Origin: a virus
Lineage: Duplodnaviria > Caudoviricetes
Length of the DNA stretch: 25,547 bases
Direction: 5' to 3' (one strand)
Virus record (IMG/VR): IMGVR_UViG_3300017913_003073
Location: 1 to 25,547 of that record
The stretch's first letter is position 1. Every line of letters starts with the position of its first letter. The position numbers were made by a program, and so were the translations under genes. A model generated the notes under the pieces. That model was not told where the DNA came from and did not search any database. It saw only the letters and a list, made by a program, of their open reading frames with translations. Positions 8,303-15,808 of the stretch are shown here, in pieces.

Positions 8303-8307
8303 TGACC

Positions 8308-9201
8308 TTATTCCTCATTAGCGAGTTTAGCAAAGTAAGACAGTGTGTCTTCTTCATCACCACTCATTTGTTCAGCGGTGATTGGCTCACTTTTGATTTC
8401 TGGTTCAGGAGCAGGATCGTTAATGATCTTTTCCTGTTGCAGTGTCGGAGTACCTGCATTGGCTTCTTCGCCAAGGACCCTCATAAGCTTAGCCTGAAGT
8501 TCAGAATAAGTCTTATAATTCTTTGGATCCGTGAACTCACCCAGATCGTGCATCTGGTTATAAATTGCCTCGAGCTTATCGTCTTCGGCAAGTTGCCCTG
8601 CACTAGAAAACTCCGACTTATCGTAGTTACGATACCCTTCTACATTACGAATCTTCAGTTTGAAATCGGCACCTTCCCAAAGGTCGAAAGGATTAACCGG
8701 TGTTTCGTCTGCAAAATCAGGCTGCATAACATCCATGATTTTGTCAAAGATCTTCTTACCAAATTGGTAAAGGAAGACTTTACCCTCGTTTTGAGGGTTC
8801 GAAGGATCACTTACTACGTATATATTAGACACATAATGAAGCCTACGCTTCTGGCTACGTGCCTTTTCTTTATCCGCGTCAAGGCCAGTGTTCCAAAGCT
8901 TTGAGTTCAGCTCACCAACAGGGTCTTGTTGACCAATGGAAGTGAGGGATCTCTCAATATACCAGAGCCCGGTCGGACCTTTGAACCCATGGTCCCAATA
9001 GCGTACCCAAGGAAGTTCTGCACCCTCGGCGGCAGGCAGAAAACGGATAACGGCATAGCCATTACCTGCTTGGTCAACTGTTGGTTTCCAGAAACGTTCA
9101 TCGGCATAAGACTTTGTTTCGGTCTTACCGCCGGCTGATTCAGCAGCTTGGATTAGCTTACTGATTTGATCGCGGTTGCGTTTTAGATTTTCGAACGACA
9201 T
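8308..9201 (-). CDS. gp32: Single-stranded DNA-binding protein gp32
   Basis: DERFWKP..D.AGNGYAVIRFLP, GKVFLYQFGKKIFDKI, GADFKLKIR and Y.NYDKSEF motifs, plus an acidic tail ending LSYFAKLANEE. Confidence 0.97.
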   Translation of the reverse strand: MSFENLKRNRDQISKLIQAAESAGGKTETKSYADERFWKPTVDQAGNGYAVIRFLPAAEGAELPWVRYWDHGFKGPTGLWYIERSLTSIGQQDPVGELNSKLWNTGLDADKEKARSQKRRLHYVSNIYVVSDPSNPQNEGKVFLYQFGKKIFDKIMDVMQPDFADETPVNPFDLWEGADFKLKIRNVEGYRNYDKSEFSSAGQLAEDDKLEAIYNQMHDLGEFTDPKNYKTYSELQAKLMRVLGEEANAGTPTLQQEKIINDPAPEPEIKSEPITAEQMSGDEEDTLSYFAKLANEE

Positions 9202-9233
9202 ATTTTCTCCGTATTTGCTGAAATATTAACTGT

Positions 9234-9262
9234 ATTATACCATAGTGTTGTACAATTGTACA
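9234..9262 (-). promoter_or_regulatory. Sigma70-type (early/middle) promoter of gp32
   Basis: TGTACA-N17-TATAAT with TGn extension; GGAG Shine-Dalgarno before the gp32 ATG. Confidence 0.7.
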
Positions 9263-9266
9263 CCAT

Positions 9267-9274
9267 TATTTATA
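9267..9274 (-). promoter_or_regulatory. T4-type late promoter TATAAATA upstream of gp32
   Basis: Exact consensus overlapping the gp33 stop. Confidence 0.65.
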
Positions 9275-9506
9275 TCGACTCCAAGTCAATAGAGTCACCA
9301 TCTTTAGGTAGAAAGTTCAGGCTCTGAGCCTCTACCTCGATCTTACCTTTGATGATTGGCGAAATAAATTTGCTTACATCTTCAGGTTCAATACCATTCT
9401 TTTCACAGACATGTAGTACTGCTTCCATGTATGGTACTTTCAATTCAAGGACTGCCGCTTCGACAATCTTTGAAAACTTTGCTTTGGTTAGAAATTCACT
9501 GCTCAT
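9270..9506 (-). CDS. gp33: Late transcription coactivator gp33 (78 aa, start revised to MSSEFLTK)
   Basis: F.TK.KFS..VE, YMEAVL..CE.N.IE.EDV.K.IS...K.KIE.EA..LNFLPK signature; located next to gp32. Confidence 0.9.
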   Translation of the reverse strand: MSSEFLTKAKFSKIVEAAVLELKVPYMEAVLHVCEKNGIEPEDVSKFISPIIKGKIEVEAQSLNFLPKDGDSIDLESI

Positions 9507-9702
9507 CAATCTTCTCTTCCCATAATCTGTATGGCACTCCTGAGTAGCCACTATTTTCCCAATACTCAATACGGCTTTCAGGATAGCCTTGTTCTATGAG
9601 CCATTGGCGAATATTACCAATTCCATCTGGAAACACTTTAGGAAACCCGTATCTCCATCCTTCATCTGGATCAATCATCCATCTGGTTTTTGTACGTACC
9701 AT
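9496..9702 (-). CDS. Hypothetical phage protein
   Basis: Coupled ORF with IDP.EGWRYGFPK...WL..QGYP, a pattern familiar from T4-like phages. Confidence 0.7.
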   Translation of the reverse strand: MVRTKTRWMIDPDEGWRYGFPKVFPDGIGNIRQWLIEQGYPESRIEYWENSGYSGVPYRLWEEKIDEQ

Positions 9703-10220
9703 AAATCATCCCACTTCGGTACTTTTACTTTTGGAGCTTTTGGTCCATTAGGATTTAGTTCAAACCAGTTCTCTTCAAAGTAAAGCTTTACTGCTTTGTA
9801 CACGCCTTTCTTACTGTAGTCATGACCGATAATATATCCACCCGGTCTAACTTTATTATACCACAATCTGATGTCATTGTACACCGCCCATTTACTATGA
9901 AGTGCATCAATAAATACAAAGTCTAGAGTAAAAGGACGAACCTCTCTACACGCGTTATCAGATGTCATCTTAAGAAATGTAGTCTTAGGATTATTAGGCC
10001 AGCCTCTTAGCGTGAGTTGCTTCCGCATCCCTGGCCATTGCTTCTCCATCTGATACTTGTATGGATCTACACCATACATCTTCAAATGTGGAAAGGTATC
10101 AATTAGGTGGAAATAGGTTACACCTTCATGTACTCCTATCTCTGCACCGACAGTAAAGTTATTGTCTCTGACTAGGTTTTCTAGCCAGAGTTTTCTATGT
10201 TGTTCTGGATGTTCCGTCAC
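9675..10220 (-). CDS. Class I SAM-dependent methyltransferase (Methyltransf_24-like)
   Basis: GAEIGV..G, YGVDP, LDFVFIDA.H and VRPGGYIIGHDY motifs. Confidence 0.88.
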   Translation of the reverse strand: MTEHPEQHRKLWLENLVRDNNFTVGAEIGVHEGVTYFHLIDTFPHLKMYGVDPYKYQMEKQWPGMRKQLTLRGWPNNPKTTFLKMTSDNACREVRPFTLDFVFIDALHSKWAVYNDIRLWYNKVRPGGYIIGHDYSKKGVYKAVKLYFEENWFELNPNGPKAPKVKVPKWDDLWYVQKPDG

Positions 10221-11353
10221 TTATCGAATACTCGGAGGATGATTGTATCTTTGTTGATACGACCATTAGCCTCATACCTCTTGGTTGTAAGATTCTTCCA
10301 TTCATTATTGATCTGATTAGGAGTCTTCTTAAGGGCTACAGGCAGGAAGTCATTTGGCCTCCTCAAAGCCTGAGATCTTGACAGTTCAGGATCGAATCCT
10401 TTCACCGTTGAACCACTAACAGTAAATCCGCTGGTTGATACCAGTTCTGTAAGCCTCTTGTTCTTAGTGTTAAACGTAAGCAGGCGGACAGCACCGATAA
10501 TCAAGACCGGATTGATGGAAACAATCTTGAAATCGTTGTCTTCTTTTTTGTATTGCATTTTAGCAACCTGCTTGTCGGCCGCCTTAGGCTTAGCTTTACG
10601 GACTGTACGCTTAGCTTTACCTGAAAGCTTGATACGTTCAATGTCTGCAAGCATCTTTTCACATTCGTCTAACCTACGCTTGAGTTCGGTTCTTTTCAAA
10701 TGTGAGTAGCCTTCTACGGCCTGTTCACAACGCTTGTGATAAGCGTCACTGTAATCAAGCAACCATCCGCTGATAATCTCAGCGATAGCGATGGTTGCTG
10801 AAGATGGAAGGCCATGTCGTTGGAAGGAAGTGTATATGTCGAGCGTGGCCTTCTCACCTTCAATCCATTTATCTTCAAGGTCGTCAATGTCTACCATAAT
10901 AGTGCGAGCGATCTTACGTTCAAGCTTCTGCATAGGAGACAGTGACACTACATTGCCGGTAGACGTGTCTTCTACTTTCTTTTCGGCAAGTATTTTCTTA
11001 CCCATCTCAAGCATCTCATCAGTATGGCGCTTAAGACCGGAGATATAATCTGCATTATGTTTGACACATTGTGTCAGGTCCATGTCACACAGGATCCAAT
11101 AAGCTGTTGCAACATAGTGGCTCATCGAATAGAACTTGTATTCAGGACATGCAAGCATTGCCTTTGCGTCTTCTTTCGAAAACGTTTGGCGAATGTAACG
11201 CTTCATAATGTCAGACGATTCTTTCTTATCTACTTCCATGTGGAAATAAGAAAGTACTGACGGATTAAAACCTTTTTCAAGTGGAGCTGCTCCAGCACCA
11301 ATGCGTGCTCTTGCTCTTACAGTCTTTTTACGAGTTCTCTTCGGTATTGCCAT
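10217..11353 (-). CDS. Large basic hypothetical protein of T4-like phages
   Basis: 378 aa coupled ORF with a Lys/Arg-rich N-terminus and a C-terminal GRINKDTIILR; no function recognised. Confidence 0.8.
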   Translation of the reverse strand: MAIPKRTRKKTVRARARIGAGAAPLEKGFNPSVLSYFHMEVDKKESSDIMKRYIRQTFSKEDAKAMLACPEYKFYSMSHYVATAYWILCDMDLTQCVKHNADYISGLKRHTDEMLEMGKKILAEKKVEDTSTGNVVSLSPMQKLERKIARTIMVDIDDLEDKWIEGEKATLDIYTSFQRHGLPSSATIAIAEIISGWLLDYSDAYHKRCEQAVEGYSHLKRTELKRRLDECEKMLADIERIKLSGKAKRTVRKAKPKAADKQVAKMQYKKEDNDFKIVSINPVLIIGAVRLLTFNTKNKRLTELVSTSGFTVSGSTVKGFDPELSRSQALRRPNDFLPVALKKTPNQINNEWKNLTTKRYEANGRINKDTIILRVFDK

Positions 11354-11544
11354 TATTCACTTCCATCCAATTTAACAATTTCCAATTCACCATCGCGATC
11401 TCGGCGAGTACGAAGGTAGCCCTGTTTGATCAGAGCATCTATAGTCGCTGCAATAGTCTTATCACGCTCGTTCTTACCGAGCAGATAAGTACAGTAACAT
11501 AAGATGCCGATCAATAAGCCGGCTGTAACCGGATCAGTCATCAA
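11353..11544 (-). CDS. Small membrane protein
   Basis: N-terminal hydrophobic helix followed by TIDALI..GYLR; coupled on both sides. Confidence 0.7.
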   Translation of the reverse strand: MMTDPVTAGLLIGILCYCTYLLGKNERDKTIAATIDALIKQGYLRTRRDRDGELEIVKLDGSE

Positions 11545-11836
11545 GCAAAGCCTTAAATGACTTCATACGATCAATGCGGAATGACCGCCAATCGCCGGCG
11601 CCTTCTTTAGCTTCGACATCCCATACGATCAAGATGTCTTCGTTCTCAGGCCGATTGCGAAACTTCTGCCGGCTAAATCCGTCTTTGTCGTTAGAAGGTG
11701 GCACAATGCCCTTTTGCAGTGTACACTTCATAACGCGATTAGTGCCATCGGCTTTAGTAAATTCAGCCAAGCACATAGATACATTCAAAAGATCAGTGCA
11801 ATCTTTTTTAATGCGTTTCTTTTCAGCTTTATCCAT
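11534..11836 (-). CDS. WYL_2/DUF2693-like SH3/Sm-like beta-barrel protein (start revised to MDKAEKK)
   Basis: FTKADGTNRVMKCTL...VWDVE...WRSFRID signature; GGGAG SD before ATG 11836. Confidence 0.8.
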   Translation of the reverse strand: MDKAEKKRIKKDCTDLLNVSMCLAEFTKADGTNRVMKCTLQKGIVPPSNDKDGFSRQKFRNRPENEDILIVWDVEAKEGAGDWRSFRIDRMKSFKALLDD

Positions 11837-11981
11837 TTTGATACTCCCGAATAGTGATTTTCTTCGCCCCTCTATTAAACACAGAGAAAGGCGAACGCTT
11901 AGGTTCCGGCCTCTTATTGGAAGGCCGGCAATATGTAACCTTGCCACCTTTGGCAAAGAAAGCTGCTAGATCCTTATCCAT
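11829..11981 (-). CDS. 50-aa microprotein with a SutA-like AFFAKGGKVT motif (missing from ORF track)
   Basis: MDKDLAAFFAKGGKVTYCRPSNKRPEPKRSPFSVFNRGAKKITIREYQNG; TAATG coupling upstream and overlap with the next start; fills the gap exactly. Confidence 0.7.
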   Translation of the reverse strand: MDKDLAAFFAKGGKVTYCRPSNKRPEPKRSPFSVFNRGAKKITIREYQNG

Positions 11982-12220
11982 TAGTTCCAACCTTCGTAAG
12001 ATTCATATGAATTTTGATCAGCAACGCGATCACCATAATGCTCAGCAAGATACTTAGATCCATCAGTGTAAGCATTGATGTTTGTAGTATCGTCATTGAT
12101 ACGTACAACTTCTTCGTCATAGTCGTAAGACTTGACTTTTACTTTAGCTTGGTTACGCTTAGCTGCAACCTTTTTGATAAGTTCCAAGCGAGCAGCATAT
12201 TGTTCAGGTGTAAATGACAT
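11981..12220 (-). CDS. Hypothetical early protein
   Basis: First gene after an early promoter cassette with a strong AAGGAAGG SD. Confidence 0.75.
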   Translation of the reverse strand: MSFTPEQYAARLELIKKVAAKRNQAKVKVKSYDYDEEVVRINDDTTNINAYTDGSKYLAEHYGDRVADQNSYESYEGWN

Positions 12221-12253
12221 AGTATTTCCTTCCTTTTTCCATTTTCTAGATAT

Positions 12254-12282
12254 ATTCTACCACAGTTTTTCGCCATTGTAAA
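12254..12282 (-). promoter_or_regulatory. Early promoter cassette copy 1
   Basis: TTTACA-N17-TAGAAT; upstream palindrome AAAAATGCATTTTT at 12286-12299; downstream leader CTAGAAAATGGAAAAAGGAAGGAAA. Confidence 0.85.
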
Positions 12283-12332
12283 GGAAAAAATGCATTTTTA
12301 TTCCTAACAAAAACAACTACTTACGTTTTTTT

Positions 12333-12770
12333 TTAATTTTTTTTCCAGCCATAGAAGATATGATCCCCAATTATGGCCGTTTCAGACTTTTGCGAAGCCC
12401 AATCTGGTGTAACGTAATAAGCATGGTACCATAGAGCTCCATCTACCTGATCATCCACGTTGCCATGATATACAGCCCAAGCTACATTGATAGCTTGAGA
12501 CCATGCCATCTGATCTTTTGGCTCATCTGACTTACCGTCACAATACCAGCTGAACTGGCAGCGGTGACGTACAGGAATATCCTCGTCAGGGTTGTTCCAC
12601 TTTGGACGTGTTGGTCCTTGGAAAACTACTTCACATACGCGATCTGGATAGTACTCAGACTCAACTCGGTTCATAACAACTTGCGATACAGCTATCTGTC
12701 CACGGATGTCTTGGTCGCGTGCTTCGAAATATGCGTTCAAAGCCAAGCATACAATTGCTTCTGCAATCAT
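12333..12770 (-). CDS. SleB/CwlJ-like cell wall hydrolase (Hydrolase_2)
   Basis: CLALNAYFEAR, GQIAV.QVVMNRV, CQFSWYCDGKSD, GALWYHA and IGDHIFY motifs. Confidence 0.92.
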   Translation of the reverse strand: MIAEAIVCLALNAYFEARDQDIRGQIAVSQVVMNRVESEYYPDRVCEVVFQGPTRPKWNNPDEDIPVRHRCQFSWYCDGKSDEPKDQMAWSQAINVAWAVYHGNVDDQVDGALWYHAYYVTPDWASQKSETAIIGDHIFYGWKKN

Positions 12771-13129
12771 TATCCTCTCCTCATTCTTGCTACTTCTTTA
12801 GCGTCTTCTGAGGAAGTGATTGGGACTGCGTTGGATTTATGCATAGTCGCCACACCTTTAATAAATGTTCCGGTGTATCGATTCCCTTGCTTTTTGGAGC
12901 AAATTCCTTCAATCCGATCCGACGTCGGGATTGTTGGTTTTGTATTTGAGTAGTCTGGAATCTTGTTACCACTACACTTTTCCTTCCCTTTGAGCTGTGA
13001 TGGATGTACACCCATCTTTTTCAGCCATGCATCGTGTTTTGCCTGAGCCTGTTCCCAGCCCGGCTTACGATTAACCTTCCTCTTCTTAGTATTTATGGCG
13101 CTCATTCCGCGTACTAAATGCATAGTCAT
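12770..13129 (-). CDS. Conserved hypothetical T4-like phage protein
   Basis: Basic 119 aa protein ending YTG..IKGVATMHKSNAVP....AKEVARMRR; first gene after an early promoter. Confidence 0.75.
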   Translation of the reverse strand: MTMHLVRGMSAINTKKRKVNRKPGWEQAQAKHDAWLKKMGVHPSQLKGKEKCSGNKIPDYSNTKPTIPTSDRIEGICSKKQGNRYTGTFIKGVATMHKSNAVPITSSEDAKEVARMRRG

Positions 13130-13158
13130 AATTACTGTCCTTTTTCCATTCTACTTGT

Positions 13159-13187
13159 ATTCTACCATAAATAATAGCAGTTGTAAA
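13159..13187 (-). promoter_or_regulatory. Early promoter cassette copy 2
   Basis: TTTACA-N17-TAGAAT; near-palindrome TAAAAGTGCATTTTA upstream; ATGGAAAAAGGA leader. Confidence 0.8.
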
Positions 13188-13218
13188 CCATAAAATGCAC
13201 TTTTATTAAATAAAATAA

Positions 13219-13281
13219 TCGCACGGTGTGCATGTAAGGGTATAACTATACGGCTATCTTTTACGTGTGCACACGGTGCGA
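13219..13281 (+). promoter_or_regulatory. Long imperfect hairpin in the 5' leader of the lone plus-strand gene
   Basis: TCGCAC/GTGCGA, GTGTGCA/TGCACAC, TGTAA/TTACG and GGGTA/TATCT stacked stems ending just before GGAGG. Confidence 0.6.
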
Positions 13282-13293
13282 CTGGAGGTACAA

Positions 13294-13554
13294 ATGTCTA
13301 ATGATTTGTTTGATTTCGGCTTCACAGCTATGGACGAAGGGGAACTTGAGGCGGTTCAAAGGACTCAAGATGCTGTAAATGATGCAGAACAGGCTGCAAA
13401 TACGGCTCAAGAGAAGCTCGATAAGCTATATAATGCCATCACGCCTCTCTTGAATAACCTAAAAGCTAACCCTGAGAAAGACTACATTTATTGGCCAAAT
13501 CGGCTTAAAAAGGTAGAAGCTTTTGAGGATAAGATACAAGACATCTATCGATGA
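13294..13554 (+). CDS. Conserved hypothetical coiled-coil protein, probably late (start revised to MSNDLFDFGF)
   Basis: GGAGG SD; FDFGFTA.DE.EL and LK.NPEKDYIYWPNR motifs; late-like CATAAATA (13166-13173) and ATTAAATA (13205-13212) upstream. Confidence 0.8.
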   Translation: MSNDLFDFGFTAMDEGELEAVQRTQDAVNDAEQAANTAQEKLDKLYNAITPLLNNLKANPEKDYIYWPNRLKKVEAFEDKIQDIYR

Positions 13555-14441
13555 AGTCCGCTTTTTGGCAGCATTCTTAAGTCTGACATCATAAACTTAC
13601 GATTACGCTTGTTGAGTCCAGGGTGATGATTGTTACCCGCTAGCTGTAACCTATTACCCTTATTATCGTATCGCACATCCCATAGGTGTACGGTGTCTGC
13701 ATTGTACTCTTTGTACTGTGTCTCGTTTTTCCAGAAATTGACAGGAAATCCTTCATCAAGATCAAGCACTTCTCTAGTTGCAAATGAGTTGTAAAGCTTC
13801 TTAGCAAAAATATCATGACTTGGCCATGACATGTGGTTTAACCTACGATCAACATAGCCTCCGACTTTCATGCATCTTTCCCACAAATCATTTGCATTAT
13901 TAGAGCCAAACTCCCTGAAGCATACGTTGCCTAAGCTACCCTTTACTTCACAGTAAGGATTGAACATGAGCTGTGCATCTTCGTTGAATCCCGAAACACC
14001 GATATATGGCGTTGCAAGCGATGCTGCAGCGTAGGCTGTTGCTGATGCAAATGCATTCATCTCAAGCATATCTGCCTCATCGTTTTTTAGATATGCGAGA
14101 TAGTTCTTGACAGCATCGGCCTCGTCCTTATGCATGATCTTGTCCAAATCTCTCAAGTAAATGTTTGAGTGTTCTGGTAGATCTCTGAAAAACCACTTCC
14201 TGTGTCTAGATGTCCAGATGACAAGAATGTAATCGTCTTTTGTCATTTTTGGAAACTGCTCTTTGAATTGTAAGTAAATCCAACTTGCAGCAACTCCAGG
14301 ACTACCCCACACCTCTAGCTCATCTACATCAAGCATTTCAGCTAGCTGATGTTGATATGGTGGCATATACCCAGGGTGTTCTTTATAAGTTTCATGCGGC
14401 AACTCAGCATAGCTGTCACCAAATATCCATAGCTTACTCAT
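13545..14441 (-). CDS. SGNH/GDSL-like hydrolase-fold protein
   Basis: N-terminal LWIFGDSY and a C-terminal D.R.NHMS...H motif. Confidence 0.6.
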   Translation of the reverse strand: MSKLWIFGDSYAELPHETYKEHPGYMPPYQHQLAEMLDVDELEVWGSPGVAASWIYLQFKEQFPKMTKDDYILVIWTSRHRKWFFRDLPEHSNIYLRDLDKIMHKDEADAVKNYLAYLKNDEADMLEMNAFASATAYAAASLATPYIGVSGFNEDAQLMFNPYCEVKGSLGNVCFREFGSNNANDLWERCMKVGGYVDRRLNHMSWPSHDIFAKKLYNSFATREVLDLDEGFPVNFWKNETQYKEYNADTVHLWDVRYDNKGNRLQLAGNNHHPGLNKRNRKFMMSDLRMLPKSGLHR

Positions 14442-14534
14442 TTAATCCTCATATATGAAAGGGTCGTTCTTTCGGATCTTCTTCAAAGCTTTACGTAGCT
14501 TCCACCAACGACGAATGCGGCTGAACAGACTCAT
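14442..14534 (-). CDS. 30-aa cationic microprotein (missing from ORF track)
   Basis: MSLFSRIRRWWKLRKALKKIRKNDPFIYED; TAATG coupling upstream; its stop abuts the next ATG. Confidence 0.65.
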   Translation of the reverse strand: MSLFSRIRRWWKLRKALKKIRKNDPFIYED

Positions 14535-14626
14535 TACTTTTTCCTGTTCTTCCGCATATTTGCACGTTTTGTTGAACCCTTTTTTCTACGACCTGGGCGT
14601 GGTCTGTTCTTGGCTGGCCAAGGCAT
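14534..14626 (-). CDS. 30-aa highly basic microprotein (missing from ORF track)
   Basis: MPWPAKNRPRPGRRKKGSTKRANMRKNRKK; GGAGAG SD; coupled to the next ORF. Confidence 0.65.
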   Translation of the reverse strand: MPWPAKNRPRPGRRKKGSTKRANMRKNRKK

Positions 14627-14641
14627 AATATAGACTCTCCA

Positions 14642-14848
14642 TTATTTTTTAAGCTTGAAACACACTAGCTCCTTGCCTGTAGGTGTTGTCATAACGATTT
14701 GCTTGGCATTTTCATAATCGGGTTCTACACACTCGATCTTTGCCGGCAGCCAAGAGTAGCCTTCTTCTTGTTGAGCTACAGCCGTGTCAAAAAATTCTCT
14801 CTCTGCAACAGAAAACAGAGCTAAAAAGGTAAAAGCAAAAATAGTCAT
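14642..14848 (-). CDS. Hypothetical exported/membrane-anchored protein
   Basis: Hydrophobic N-terminus, two Cys, 68 aa. Confidence 0.65.
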   Translation of the reverse strand: MTIFAFTFLALFSVAEREFFDTAVAQQEEGYSWLPAKIECVEPDYENAKQIVMTTPTGKELVCFKLKK

Positions 14849-14864
14849 TTTATTATTCTTTCTG

Positions 14865-14896
14865 AAAAAAAGGAGGCCTTTCTCGAGGGCGCCTCC
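14865..14896 (-). terminator. Intrinsic terminator downstream of the tRNA
   Basis: Minus strand reads GGAGGC-gccctcgagaaag-GCCTCC-TTTTTTT. Confidence 0.75.
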
Positions 14897-14960
14897 ACTT
14901 TCCCGCCTGATCTTATATATAGGAGCTCAGGCCTAACCACGTTTATACTCGTATCCTATA
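14897..14960 (-). ncRNA. Candidate small structured RNA between the tRNA and its terminator
   Basis: GCCTGA/TCAGGC stem around an AT-rich loop; no coding role evident; shares sequence blocks with the 8254-8302 element. Confidence 0.35.
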
Positions 14961-15127
<167 letters not shown>

Positions 15128-15128
<1 letters not shown>

Positions 15129-15418
15129 TATGCGCACATCCTTTCAATATGACGTTTAAGATTTGCATCACTCCAGTTATGAAACTCAAGTGAACGAGCA
15201 TATGACTTACTGCATTTATCAGCAGTGATGTAATATGCATCCTCCTCAAGCTCAATCCGCTTGAGTTCTTTCAGAGTGCCTGAAGGAACTCGGCTTGACC
15301 AGTAAACAAACTCATCAGGATGAGGCATCATCCCCATGAAGTTGCCAGGTGCAGCAGCAGTAAATGCTTCCGCTTCTGCACGTTGAGCCATGATATAATC
15401 TACAAGAGCCTTTTCCAT
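15128..15418 (-). CDS. Hypothetical early protein (start revised to MEKALV)
   Basis: GGAGG SD and TAATG coupling at 15418. Confidence 0.7.
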
Positions 15419-15696
15419 TACGCTACCTCCAACAAAGATGGTGTTACATTCCACATTCCATTGCCGCCACAATTAACGACGATGTTCTTACGATTGATCT
15501 TAGTGATCGTACCAGACATATGGCCTTTCTTGCCATACCACTGTACACGTTGACCAACTGAGAAGTTGTTCTTCTGATTACGTTCGTAAGCACGACGAGT
15601 CGTGTTATACATTTCAGCAATCTTTTGGAAATCCTTGTTGTCAGCTTGAGCAAAAAGAACTTGAATTTCAGAGATTTGAGCGGTAGTTAAAGACAT
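15418..15696 (-). CDS. Hypothetical early protein with SH3-like C-terminus (start revised to MSLTT)
   Basis: F.VGQRV.W...G.ITKINRKNIVV....WNV.PSLL motif; first gene behind a promoter cassette. Confidence 0.75.
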   Translation of the reverse strand: MSLTTAQISEIQVLFAQADNKDFQKIAEMYNTTRRAYERNQKNNFSVGQRVQWYGKKGHMSGTITKINRKNIVVNCGGNGMWNVTPSLLEVA

Positions 15697-15729
15697 AATG
15701 TTTCCTTCCTTTTTCCATTTTCTAGATCT

Positions 15730-15758
15730 ATTATAAACTAGTTTTCTAAGAATGTAAA
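15730..15758 (-). promoter_or_regulatory. Early promoter cassette copy 3
   Basis: TTTACA-N17-TATAAT; AAAAATGCACTTTTT upstream; leader nearly identical to copy 1. Confidence 0.85.
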
Positions 15759-15786
15759 CAAAAAAGTGCATTTTTATTTCATTTGA

Positions 15787-15799
15787 AATCAACTACTTA
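15787..15799 (+). promoter_or_regulatory. IHF-like site upstream of early promoter (second copy at 12311-12323)
   Basis: AATCAACTACTTA matches WATCAANNNNTTR exactly; the copy AAACAACTACTTA has one mismatch. Confidence 0.45.
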
Positions 15800-15808
15800 C
15801 GTTTTTTT

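Noticed and set aside
11837-11956. N-terminal 40 aa of the 140-aa ORF 11534-11956
   Set aside because: A better start with an SD exists at 11836, and the region is explained by the coupled 50-aa ORF in another frame. Similar over-extended starts were trimmed for 9569, 13267, 15472, 15792, 17769, 22569 and 23014.
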